64,000 nucleotides of DNA from assembly GCF_037042905.1 (NCBI RefSeq), contig NC_087246.1, positions 8,370,001-8,434,000 of the forward strand, read 5' to 3'. The stretch is from Lytechinus pictus. Taxonomy: Eukaryota. Positions within the stretch are counted from its first letter, which is position 1. Every line of letters begins with the position of its first letter. Shown here one piece after another: positions 34,501-46,849 of the stretch. The position numbers and the translations under genes were made by a program. The notes below the pieces were generated by a model, which did not search any database, was not told the DNA's origin, and saw only the letters and a list, made by a program, of their open reading frames with translations.

Positions 34501-37500
34501 TATACATTGCATTTTAAAGACAGATATCGAGATCCGGGGGGGGGGGGGGGGGCACTTACAATGACGAGTAGATACCATGCGTGACCAAAAAAACACGTAA
34601 AAAGGATGTCTTTTTCAAGATAGGGCACGTTACGTACGTAACGTAATAAGGGTGTAAAAAACACTAAAATAATGAAAAAAGGGTATACATCTATTTTCGC
34701 TAGGAAGGCTACGTGTTTACGGTCTAATTTGCGAGGGTGTAAAAAATTAAGACTAAAATGTTTTATAAAGGATGTACTTTTTGCCCCAAGAGTCAACACT
34801 ACGTGTTTAGAGTACGATTTGCGCGAGATGTGGGTGTTGGGGCTGTACTAAACCCAATGATGTAGGTACCGACGACCGACGTCAGTGACATTACAATAAA
34901 AATATCGCTGTACTTGTTTAGGGGGGTCAATTCAGGGAATACTTGCCAAGAGTATCTTTTTTTTCCAATACTTTTTAAGGGGAGCAGTCAGTCTGCAAGC
35001 CCCTGTGTTAATGAGCAAATGAGCAGGATTTATCCAAGTCCTCTCGTGGCTGAATTCATGTCCCTGCAAAATCTTGTGAATTGTGAGACTTTTTTTCTCA
35101 AAGAATTTAACCACTTTCTCCTTGAGTAATATTAATTATTATTGTACCATGGGAAAGAATAAATGTTGCTCTTTTATATTGGGTTTTTCTTTTGAATAAA
35201 ATATTTTGATGGATAAGTGAATTTTCGACCTGAAAAGATGCCTCAAACAGAATTTTCTTCCTCTGTTTTCACTTGCAAATTTTGCAACATCTTGTGTTTT
35301 AGGCACAAACATTATTTATATCATCAGAAAGCTCAAACTCTATACTTTCTTACAATGTCACTCTTGATATGTGGCATCTTTTAGATGGGTCAGCAGCCAG
35401 CTTTTTCCATCAAGATGCAAGACGAGATTTCGAAATTTCTGAGTAACATAAAATCCAGAGTCCTGATTGGCTGAATAATGTTTTCAAAACAGGCGCGGGT
35501 AATTTGAAGAGATTACCACATGGTGAGTGTGACCTTGCAGAGGCCTAGTGTGGGGAAAATTGAATTTGCGTGGGTGTGTGGTCTCTATGACCAATCAGAG
35601 CGCAGTATTCTTGTTTTTGAGCTGCTAAATGTACTTGGCCTATGAAAAGCTGGCTGCTGACCCATCTAAAATACCTCGTTATAAAGTATATCATATTAAA
35701 GCTTAGATCTTCAGCTTTATCATAATCTAAAAATTATTTGTGCTCAAACAGAAATTAAGTGTGAAAACAACAACTTTTGTTGCATAAAAATAATTATTTT
35801 GTTTCATGTTTTAGATCAAAAGTTTCCCCTATACAGTGTGTATAAAAAAAAAGTTTACACTTAGAAAAAATCCTGTAAAATTATACATTTGTAATATCCT
35901 GAAGATTTTTCCACATTGTAACATTGGTACAGATCCATTTAAGCAAATGACGATATAACTGTCGAAAAATATTTCCGCTTGAGTGAACACCACTTACTTT
36001 TGAAAAGTTAGTGAAAAATGATTTGCGCAGAACTTTGAAATAGTTATGCGAATAAAAGTAGACCTTAATCATGAAGAACAAGTTGAATTTATCTATTAAA
36101 ATTGATTTGAAGATATCTTTTACCTTTTAAAACTTTTTTCCTTGCCCAAAACACTTCGAAGAGTGCATTGCGCCCCACCCCACTCCCCCACACACTGAGG
36201 CAATCGTGACGATATTTGCTTTACACTGAGCTGTGATTTACATGAAATGGCTTAGGCTTAATTTCCATTCGGTTAATCATTGTAAAGCTTGGAAAAGGTG
36301 TGGTAAAACAAGCATTAAATAAAAATGAAATGTAAACCCACTATAAATGATAAAAACTTAGTGAAAAAATGCTAGAGATGTCTGATATAAACTTTTGTTC
36401 AGATTTAGTTATGTCCTCAGATCCAGCTGGCACAAAAAGGGTAAGGGTTGTGCTTACTAAGTGTTGAAATTTCAATTTGGGTGGCAATTTGAATGTATCC
36501 GTCTAATTTCTATTGACTAAAAGTGCAAGGGAAATGTATGAGAAATGTTTCGCAGGGTAAATTTGATTTCGCCCTTTCTCCTTGACACTGCATGAAAACG
36601 AGCATTTCTGCGCAAACAGATTTCTGCGAGCTTTACAAAAATGGACAGTGCTCACTCAAGTGTAATATTCTGTCAAAACTTTTACTTGCATTGGATAGAT
36701 GAGACCCAAACCTAAGATTATATGTGAAAAAATTACCCACATGTTGTATATTTTTTAATTCCCAGGGCTTTTTCAAAGTGTAAACTTTTTTTTGATACGC
36801 ACTGTATTACAAAATCCTTTTAAAAATCCAAACACCTGACCTAAAAGAATGATTCTTCTTCTTTACAAAGATACCAAAAACATGAAATTTTGTCAATATT
36901 TAGAGCAGCAATGGCCGAATAAAAAGAGGTGTTTTGGTCCGCACCAAGCTCATTAACAATGCAAAAAACCTCTAGTCATGAATATCACTTGGACAAAAGA
37001 AGCTACTTTTTCAGGGCTTGCCGACTGACTGATAGGGTCTCACACGTCAATACTTGTTAAGGGGTGCATTTTCAGAATATTGAAAATACGTGTTTAGGGT
37101 GCTTTTCGAGACCCCATGGTCGCGCATGGTATCCACTCGTCAATGGAAGTGGCCCCCCTGGATCGAGATCTAAGCTCCTGTTTTTCTTCAAATCATTGGT
37201 ATTCATAGGGAAAGCAAAATTGTCAAAGGCTGAATAGTGGTTTACCCTAATCATATCAACCAACCAAGATAAATCTTAGAAAATATCTAGGGGAAAGTAA
37301 GATCTCAGGTGTGTCTGTTAGTGACTATTTACAGATGTGTAAAATCTGAAATGTTTGATACCAACCATTATCTGTAAGACTTTGCCTAAATGATATGTAA
37401 ATAAAATTATATAAAAACTTACTCTGAACATTTGAAAATGATAAAATTGTCAAATAACTTGCAGATAAATCTCATACAAAAATTCACTTCAATGAATACG

Positions 37501-39355
37501 AATCTTTCTTACAAAAATATTAAATTAATAACCTTACAATTAATTCATAAACTTATTTTGTTTAACATAGCTTCTCATTTATTTATACATACTATGTAGA
37601 CTCTGACTGACTTCAATTTTGCAATATCAGCTTTGCAATAATAAAAGAAAATTTGGACAAGAATAATAAGAGAAAATTTGGATTCGCAATTTATAATGCA
37701 ATAGGCCTGGTTTCACTTTTCACTATTGAGATGTAAAACTACAAGAAGTCCAGTTTTTAATTAAAAATATGAAGAAATTTTTCATAGTATTCTGCAGGTC
37801 AAAATCTACAAGCTGATTTACATTTAATAACCATTTTTTCAATTTAGAGCAAAAAGGAAACATTGTCATATATTATCAAAGCTCCAATCTGTCTACAGCC
37901 ATCTCAGTGCCATAGTGCTTTTAGCTCATACTCACGACACCAAATATATCATTTATAAATCTCTATTTTCTATGGTCTAGAAACACAATCTTCTATTGAA
38001 GTTGACTTTCCAATAACATTACACTTGCAGTCTGCAACTACCCTGTCTTGATTCTATGAAACATACAACACAAACTAAAAAAAGTATCTTTAAGCATCAA
38101 ATCTAAAAATACTTATTCATATCAATTAATGATCTCTTTTTAATAACAGCTCGGTGACTATTTTTCATTCACTGGAGCATTAAAATAGGCATGTTTTCAT
38201 GTAGACAGGAATAACCATCGTTTCAGGGGATTTATTTAACAATTTCTGACATTTTACTATCATCCCCATTGAGTGGCGCCAATGCAGTTCAGTAGAACAA
38301 CCAAATACAGAGACTGAAGCTTTTTGTCTAGTTTTTGTGAGGCCCTATTAATAGACCTTCAAAATTGTAGCCTATGTAATTAGAAAAAATAAAAATAATT
38401 CAACTTCCTTTTTTTTTTGGGGGGGGGAGGGGCAATGATATAAACTGAAGTAGAACCTTGACCATGCCAAAAAAATTCAAACATTTATCCACGGTATCGA
38501 GAGAAAATAAGTTAAATATTTCCAACCATATTTCTGCACACAAGGTTACTAACCGGTAACAAGGTACACATGAATAGTTACAAAATTTATAATTATATAA
38601 AAAAAATCTGGCTATAATAAGCCAAAGAATAAGAAAGGAAAACACACACAAAGAAACATAATTCATAAAAAATAAAGAAGCAGAATCACACCTCCAAGTC
38701 CCTCGACAAGCCAATCATTGACCCCTCCTTCAATAGCATCACAAGATGTATGTGGTGAATAGATAGCAATTCTCTTTTCAATAGCTTTTACAACTATTCT
38801 CTCCTTCACATTCCTCTGCGTCAATCGTTTGAGAGGAACAAATATTGGTGGATGGTAGGAGAGGATAAGATCAGTCTGTTTCTCAATAGCTTCATCCAAT
38901 ACTTCCTCTGTCAGATCATTGGTCAGGCATAAGGTGGAGACACTGTGTGGGGAGGTAGGCTCTACAAGTAGTCCAACATTGTCCCAACTTCCAGCCAGGC
39001 TTGTGGGAGCAAATTCTTCAAGAAGTGATACCACTTGCTTCAAACTCATTGTGTTTTTGACAGTGGTAGAACTGGATCTACTTGCAAATGAACTAAGATT
39101 ATGACGATTGGATGTAAAAATATAATGTGGACATTGCCCGAGTTCTCGTGTTGCTTGTTTTGTTTGTCCTAGAACATTTCGTTTGTCGATGATAGATCTG
39201 ACTTTTGGTTGATGGAAGAGGGCCAATAATGTCAATGAACCAAGGCGCGGGTTACAAAGAGAGAGAGCGTGAGCCGAGCTCCAACGCCGGGCTACATGAG
39301 GGTGGAACAGTTTGCAGATTGCGTTGGTTTTCCGAGCAGACACGTTGATATTCAT
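31574..39355 (-). CDS. NIF3L1: NIF3-like protein 1 (DUF34/NIF3 family), 5 exons
   Basis: Exons 39355-38692, 34479-34332, 33557-33443, 32650-32512, 31842-31574 with consistent phases (1,2,0,1). Motifs 'AGSWDNVGLLVEP', 'LTNDLTEEVLDEA', 'SYHPPIF', 'YSPHT', 'GIGR', 'CAGSG', 'TGEMSHH', 'HSNTERGYL', 'DKDPL'. Confidence 0.93.
32947..32972. repeat. 26-bp perfect palindrome CATGGACCTACTATAGTAGGTCCATG, probable TIR-only mini-element
   Basis: Self-complementary; flanked by near-duplicate gttaaac / gtttaac. Confidence 0.6.
34985..37031. mobile_element. nested DNA element with CAGTCAGTC.GCAAGCCC TIRs
   Basis: cagtcagtctgcaagccc at 34985 versus gggcttgccgactgactg ending at 37031; absent from the sister host copy at about 57200. 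Confidence 0.65.
35834..36804. mobile_element. Tc1/mariner-type MITE (innermost nest)
   Basis: TIRs CAGTG.GTAT.AAAAAAAAGTTTACACTT, TA TSD on both sides. Confidence 0.85.
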
Positions 39356-39359
39356 CACT

Positions 39360-40418
39360 TGTTCAGTTTATCTTTTGAAATATTTCTCTGGATTCACTAT
39401 ATCCTCGAATAGCACACTTTCATGTGCACGCACTTCCAACATTACCTTTCACCAGATTTGGATGGAAAGCTTATTTTTATCCACCTTTAATATTGCATGT
39501 TTTTACCGTCTTTCCCCGTGTTAGTTTTACAAGCCACGCCCACTACTTTAGTCTTTGCTTTTGATTGAAATGAGTTAATTTTTTTAGCATTTTGACATGA
39601 ATGATATAGCAGATTGGCCGGCAGGATGGGGGAAGTATAAAATTAGTTTGAATTGTGAATTCAAAGATTTATTTATGATTTTTTCATGTTTTGATACCAC
39701 GACATTTTTTTGTAAATTGTGGTAATTGAAAGGGTTTTCAGACTGCCTTGAAATAAAACTAAGTGAATGTAGGTGTTACGCAATCACACACAATCGATCC
39801 AGCGAATCGCGCGATTCGTGATCTCTATTTTGTACTGAATTACGTACCGGTACGGTACGGAGCTTTCAGTTTCAGCATTGCCTCAGCCAGGGTTTGAATT
39901 TGAACAAGTGCTGCATGCTGTCCAACTTTATGAACTAGAAGTAGAAGAACTTCCTGCAATTCACTGCCAAGCTGAGAAGCTCCCGATATATTGATATCTG
40001 CACCTGACAGACAGTTGTCCCGCTGTTAGTGTTAATGTTATTCAGCCGCCAAATTTTACAACTGGCTGCACATGCATACATGTCATTATTACATATCTGT
40101 ACAGGCCCACTCACAGCCTACAGCCACAGGCCTAACTTTACAATTACATGCATAGCATTTCGCTGAGCTGAGGGACTGCACGTCTAATGTTGTAATTTGT
40201 AGCGGTGTGACTATACTATTATAGCCCAGTTGTGGCGGTTGGTGCAGTATTGACATGACAATAAATTTTCTGGTCACCGTTCAGTGGATCTGCTGAGAAC
40301 TTGAACTTGGCCCATCCCAGGCAAGTGGCGAGTTTTTTGGCTGCTGCAGTAATGAAGAAATAACATTACACATTTCGAAAAGACGACATTAGTTTCACAC
40401 AGCATTAGTCAATGCTCC
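39360..40418. promoter_or_regulatory. putative bidirectional promoter for NIF3L1 and SIRT4
   Basis: About 1.06 kb between divergent ATGs; locally CpG-richer; GC/KLF-box GCCACGCCC at about 39533 and CCAAT (ATTGG) at about 39613. Confidence 0.5.
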
Positions 40419-42992
40419 ATGCATCACGTCGCTGACATTACTGATTTGAACAAAAAAAAAATGCCTCTTTCGATATGGAGAACTCGAGCAACCTGGCCCT
40501 CCAGCTCCAGACCTGGGAAAGTGCTCCAATTGGTAACCATAATATCTTGTAGATCGACATCTTGGGCCAGGTCTACCCATTTTGACCATAGACAAAGGGG
40601 AGTATGCTTCATTAAACATATCAGTCTCAACCATCTGGCCCAGTCTACCCCACATTTATTTTCTTGGTCCTTACACAAACGTTTTTCACACTTTGTCCCC
40701 TCAAGTCGACCTGTCGAGGAGAGCAGTATTGAGCAGTTGCAACAATTTGTAGACAATTCAAAGCGCTTGTTCGTACTGACTGGTGCAGGGATTTCAACCG
40801 AGTCTGGAATACCAGATTATCGCTCAGATAGAGTTGGATTGTATGCTCGTAGTGATAGAAAGCCTATACAGTACCATGATTTTATCCATAGTCCTTCACG
40901 TCGACGGCGCTACTGGGCCAGGAACTATGTAGGATGGCCTCAATTCAGCTCTTTTATGCCAAATCAAACCCACCTTGCTCTTGCTGAATGGGAGAAAGTA
41001 GGAAAAATTCATTGGTTGGTGACACAAAATGTAGATGCGCTTCATACCAAAGCAGGCAGTCAACGTGTAATAGAACTTCATGGCTGCTCACACAGAATCA
41101 TTTGCATGAGCTGCAAGACCCTGACAAGCAGGAATGTCCTTCAGGAGAGGATGATGGCAGCAAACCCAGACTTTCATACTGAGAAGCAATATGCCCCTGC
41201 ACCTGATGGCGATGTGATCCTTCCTGATGAACTTGTTACACGGTTTCATATGCCTTCATGTGAGAGCTGTGGGGGACTTCTCAAACCTCATCTTGTATTT
41301 TTTGGGGACAATGTCGACAGAGATATCAAGGAGTCGGTCTTTCAGAGATTGGGAGAGAGCGATTCAGTCCTTGTTATAGGATCCTCCTTAGAGGTATTTC
41401 AATTTTTGTATCCGGGAAAGAACTCTAAAAATGTAATCTTGATTAATATTACTATTAGGGAAAACAAATCATCAGAAATTATTTCTGAAAGAAACAAAAT
41501 ATCCAGTGCTAGCTTACCCTTGGAAGTCAGGAAAGCACCCTAAGAACTAGAACCCTAGACTAGAATTAGACTCCTAATATGCTTTTTTTTAATGAATGTG
41601 CTTAAAGTTGGGATTTGAAGTCGTCAAATCACAACTTTAAACACATTCAAATAACAACAAGCATATTAGGAGTTACCTAGCAGTTTTTCTACCTAGCAGT
41701 TTTACTCTAGGGTTCTAGTTCCTGTGCTCAGTTTTTATATTATAGCAAATTGAAAACAATTTGTCAAATGAAAATAATCCAGCCAAAAATTAGGTTGAAA
41801 AATATGACTTGGGATATAATTTTCAATTAGTACACATTCTCACCCCTCCTCCTCTGCCACCATTACAATCTACTGCAATTTTAGTCTTGCCTGCAGAGTA
41901 GAGACATACATGTAGCCTACATGAACATGTACAAAGGCGCCGCTTTGCCAATAGTTTTCAATAGTGACAATGATGGCATCATCACTCGAGGGGGGGGGGG
42001 GGCCCACTCCTATAACAATTTTTGATATTTAAAATGTCATAAACTTAAAATTGCATGGATCTATTTTATGTGTGAAACTTGAAAGTAATAGAACTTGGAT
42101 AAAAAGTAAACAGGATGATCAATTACAAGTCATCTTGCTGAAGGTTGAGGTCACATGATCAAGGTCAAAGGTAATTTATGGTCAATTAACTTTGTTCATG
42201 TTGTACCAACATTGAAAACTTTCCAAGGCTATTGAATATCAAAAGAATGTTGTATGAAACATACATGAATGAATACATAAATATAGTTCACTAGGTAAAT
42301 AAACTAATTAATAATCAACTTTGATGTAATATTTGATAAAACTTTTCAAGCCAAATCTGAAATTGTGGATTTTCAAGATAATTTTGAAATTAGGTCAGAG
42401 GTCAAGGATAAGATTTATTTAAAACAAATTTCGAATAGATTGAAAAAACCCATTTTTTTATTAGATAAACATTTTTGAAATGAATAAATTTCTCAGTCAA
42501 GGTCATTAGGTTAATGAAATTAGTGTTCGATTTAAATGTGAAATGTATTGTTATGAATGAATTCTTTTTTCAAATTATGTTATGTTGAATTCTGTAATGC
42601 AGACAAGTGTTAAGGGATGTAAGCTGTCTATTATTTTTCATATTACCTTTTAAATGAGATCTCAACTGGGTTGATAAGACAAATGGTAGCTAAATTACAG
42701 CATGTTCATTGTCAGCATTTGAAAAGTAACTGCACTTTTTTTTGTACCAGTTCATGAAATGTTAATACATTTTTACACTTTCATTAACTAGTCTGAATCC
42801 AATTAAAATATTTTTCTTTGATTAATCTAACACCTTTAGGTGTATTCTGGATATAGGTTTATCCACTCGGCCTGGGAGCAGAAGAAACCTGTTGCAGTCA
42901 TCAACATAGGCAAGACTAGGGCTGACAAGCTAGGACCACTGAAGATAGAAGGCAGGTTAGGGGACATCATTCCTCGCATCAGGGTATCATGA
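40419..42992 (+). CDS. SIRT4: NAD-dependent sirtuin 4 (class II, mitochondrial), 2 coding exons
   Basis: Exon 40419 (or ATG at 40461) to 41393 and exon 42840-42992 (VYSGYRF...NIGKTRAD...PRIRVS*). Motifs GAGISTESGIPDYRS, RRRYWARNYVGWPQFS, TQNVDALH, ELHG, Zn CxxC...CxxC, APDGDV, KPxxVFFG, GSSL. The basic N-terminus fits a mitochondrial presequence. Confidence 0.95.
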
Positions 42993-43285
42993 TGCTATAT
43001 CAAGCAGCGAGCAAACTCAGGAAATTAGGAGCTGAGCAGCTACGCGTCCTCTTGAAGGTACTTACAAGTACAATGTATCAAATATGCCTGTATGTACTGT
43101 ATTACTGTAGCAGAGTTCTTGTTGCAAATATGCTTTTGGTTTGGAAAAGAATGGTTGGGGGGGGGGTGTAGTAGGGAAGTTGGAGTATATTTAATGCAAT
43201 AATATGGCTCTGGGATAATCATGATTTTCAGATTGTCCTTTTTTTTCAGAAATGGATTCCAGCTTATCAGTCAAACTAAATTTAA

Positions 43286-43887
43286 AGAGGAACCCAACCC
43301 AAACAAAAACTTGCTTTTAGAGGAGAAAGAAAAATCAGACAAGTTAAAAGTGAAAGTTTTAACATTATCGGACAAACAATAAAAAAGTTATGAATTTTTA
43401 AGAGTTGTGAATATTGGTAATCACTTTACCCATGGAGACTTCGAATTGGCCTCAAATGTGATGTCATAGTGATGTAAGGCAAGGAATACTGTTCCATGAT
43501 GTACTATATTACATGAAATGGCTAAAATGACATTTTTCTTCTCAAAAGTTTAACTTCAAATTATATTTTTCTTTCATGAGGACATAAAACAATATACTAC
43601 CTACATGTAGGCTATATTTAGATTACAGCCCCAGGGTCAGGGGAATGGGTACTTGGGAGAAAACCACAAATCACTTATAATAAAGTACATGGCCTATGCG
43701 AAAGTTGTCCTTTGTCATAATTTACTTACCAAGTTGCCAATTTGAAATCTACATAGTCTTAGGAACTCAATTTCAAAACAGTCATAACTTCTTATTGCTT
43801 GTAAATTCTTTTAAATTTTCACCATTCTGTTTTATTTATTTTTCTCCTTTTAAACACAACATATTATGACCAAGGCTGGATTCCCCT
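43286..43887. mobile_element. Kolobok-like non-autonomous element
   Basis: TTAA|AGAGGAACCCAACC ... GGCTGGATTCCCCT|TTAA; long imperfect subterminal inverted segments. Confidence 0.65.
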
Positions 43888-45299
43888 TTAAGAATCCAAC
43901 ATAATGATCACCCAAGTGTTTGCTGTGATATAGCTGAATGAGTATTAAATTGCTATATTCACACAAGAAGTACATTCTGTGTGTAGATGTGCCTTTTCAA
44001 CGTATTACACATGCCCATTTGTGCTTGATCTTTGCTGGCAAGTTTTTTAGCCAAGTTTTGCCTTTAATTGACACTGATAGGCAGATGAATGTTACATGTT
44101 TTGTAAGGTTAAGGACAATTCAGCCCAGCTTCTAAACAAGGGCCAAGTTGTCCCAGCTGTTTCAGTCGATCATTAGATACCAATGTTTGTGATTCTGTAT
44201 TCATTTTATATGATTTTTCGCATTCGCCATTTCTTGCAATCGTCTTCGACTCGCATAATTTCTGCATGATCCTTACACGGCCGAGTTCGTGGTCTGCATT
44301 TTACTCATAATGCCGTCAAGGAAGCAAAAGTCAGTCAAGATATTTAACCCACCAGGCGCAGCACTACACCCAAATTATCGGTCTTTTTATCGTTTACTAG
44401 CACACATGATTTGCATAAAATGAACAAGTGTATCTAAAAGGTGCAAAATAAAGTAAACAAATTTGAACCGAAATCTCAGTTATTACTGTAATTAATGGTG
44501 TGAAATCTAATGAAATGAAGAAAGTAATAAATTTCTAAACCATACATTAGTCCGTTGTAAAAATAAGCTTAAAAATATCTTTAGGGAGGCTATTTATGTT
44601 AGGAAATAAAAAAATCAAAGTAAAAAGCTCACCCAAAATTCAATTTTTTTTTGACCGGCTACAAAATGAATGCTATGAGTATTTAAAAAAATATCAATTG
44701 TGTATCCCTGTAAATCTTGTGCAATATAATTGTGCACAACGATTATGTAAAAAAAAGGTAATCTGATATCAAAGTTCAAAATAATTGTCTCGCATCCGAT
44801 CCATTGCATTAATCCTAGTGCATTAATCCTCATTGCAGTCCCACATGTTCATATTTGAGTGTGTTGTGTTGTGTGGAATTGCAGCTCATTAAACGACCAT
44901 GGCGGATCTTTTGGGGGGAGTGGTAAAAGGTTTAACCCCCTCCCCCTTGGGCTGCAAAGTAAAAAGTAAGTAATAACCTATGTTTTGGAGCCCATTACGT
45001 TTTTGTGCTTTTCAAATTTTTCTGGAGCAAATAACCTACAGTTCATAGTAAAACCCCTTTTTTATTGAAGATGTGCACCAAAAGTTTTATAATGTATGTT
45101 GATACAAGTTTAATTATAGTTTTACTATTGGGAATATCATTACAAGTGACTTTCCCTAAACTCAATAGCTCTTCTTCATTTGTTGGTGTTAAAAACAGGT
45201 AATGCTGATTAGGATCTTTTATTAAGAAATCATTGAATGCTTTACTACAGTCAGGTATACCCTTTTACAGATTTGGCCCAATGCTACAAAAGTAATGAT

Positions 45300-46600
45300 T
45301 GAATTTTCAGCAATCAGATTTGAATTCTCAACTAATTGTCCATCAATTTCCATGGAACAAATGTTGGATTTTTTGCCCTTTTAAAGATATTAATCACAAA
45401 CCATGATGAGTAGTAGTTTGCTTAAATAGTGCAGCTCACACGAGATTGATCTAATTTAGTACTTCTATAGTGTAACTTGTTTTTCTAATTTTCTTATTGA
45501 TAGATTTCACAAGCAATCTTGTTATCAATGGCATTTGGGAAATTTCCTTGACTACTGCTCTTCTTTTTACACAATGGTATATTCACATCATGCAGCAATA
45601 AAAACTAGCTCAATAATTTATCAAAAGCAATATTAACATTTTGATAAAGAAATATCACTCCAGTCACGGCAGCTAGGGCAGCCTTGAATTAAAAAAAAAT
45701 GTTTTGTGAGTTGCTTCTTCGAACATATTTGCAATGACTAGTAATAGCTGAAGTTTGTTTCATTGAAGTCTTAGCATATAGATAGGGAAATGATGAGATA
45801 TGTCAGATATTATCAGCATGAGGAAAAATATATTGTCAGATAGGGTAGTCGGATATTCTTGTGGGTTTCCTGATTGAGGGAATCAAAGAAAAAGACACAA
45901 GGAGATTTAAAAAATCATCAGAGGTACTATTTTCATTACAAATTAACAAGTTAAGACTATAATCACCAATAAGAAAAAGTGATTTATTTCTCAGTAGCGG
46001 ACTAGACAGTATGAAAAGATTGACATTTCTTTGTGGTGGCCTATAAAATACACCCAACATAATACTACGTTTATGTGGGATAAAGACTTCAACAAAAAGA
46101 GTGTCAAGCACATCATTCATAAAAGTAAGTTCTTGAAATATTTGGTAGACCATGGCAGTTGGAATGTATAGGGCAACACCCCCGCCTCTCTTACTTTGCC
46201 TATTATTAGAGACAAGATCATAACCTGGTATAGAATATAAGCTCGTGTCAAGGTCATTATTAAATATTAAACCATGTTTTGGATACAATAATGGCTGTAA
46301 ATCCTTAGCTAAATCGTTTGATGAAGGAAGTTAAATTATCAAACTCTTACATAAACTTAAGTAAGGTCGCTTTTCTCTGAATCACACACTGTTTTGAAAA
46401 ATTGATTTTCTGTACAGAAACTACAATTGATTGGAATTTGTTTATCATATTCATCATATTGTTCCATAGTACTGACAGAGGATTCAAAGAAATTGCTAAT
46501 GTTGGCATTAGCTTCAGTCATTAAAAAGTAGGTCAATTACTGCTAAGTGAATCTGATGTTTTCAACTCAATAATATGATGCCAACTGAGTAGTTGGAGTA
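45300..46600 (-). pseudogene. degenerate LINE (CR1/L2-like) ORF2 APE endonuclease remnant
   Basis: ORF 45836-46288 carries EEP motifs 'IPGY...R..KRGGGVALYI', 'GVFYRPP', 'IGDY.LNL', 'I.KPTRI'; the 'ISDH.PI' motif follows in a shifted frame. Boundaries are approximate. Confidence 0.75.
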
Positions 46601-46849
46601 GCGTAAAATAAAATCCATGCTAGATAATAGAAGCATAGAAAAGAAAAAATAGAACAAGGAAACGTGATAAGTATAAAATAACAAAATGCAAGTATTTTAT
46701 AACCAAAATTGAAAACTAAAATATTAACTTAATCTTCATGACCTAAGGCATCTCGCAAGTAAAACAAAGAAAAGTTATATCATCACTTTCCTTTATCTCA
46801 AGTAATAAAAAAGTCATTTTAGAAGATTTTCCCACGGCTCACTGCAGAG

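Larger units (their letters stand above)
34534..37161. mobile_element. non-autonomous DNA transposon with 8-bp TSD (superfamily unassigned), host to two nested elements
   Basis: TIRs CC(G)nCACTT.CA.TGACGAGT.GATACCATGCG.GACCA; TSD ATCGAGAT at 34526-34533 and 37162-37169; second copy at about 55185-57315. Confidence 0.85.

Noticed and set aside
41394-41543. ORF-track C-terminus of SIRT4 (VFQFLYPGK...)
   Set aside because: Intron read-through; the conserved C-terminus is in exon 42840-42992.
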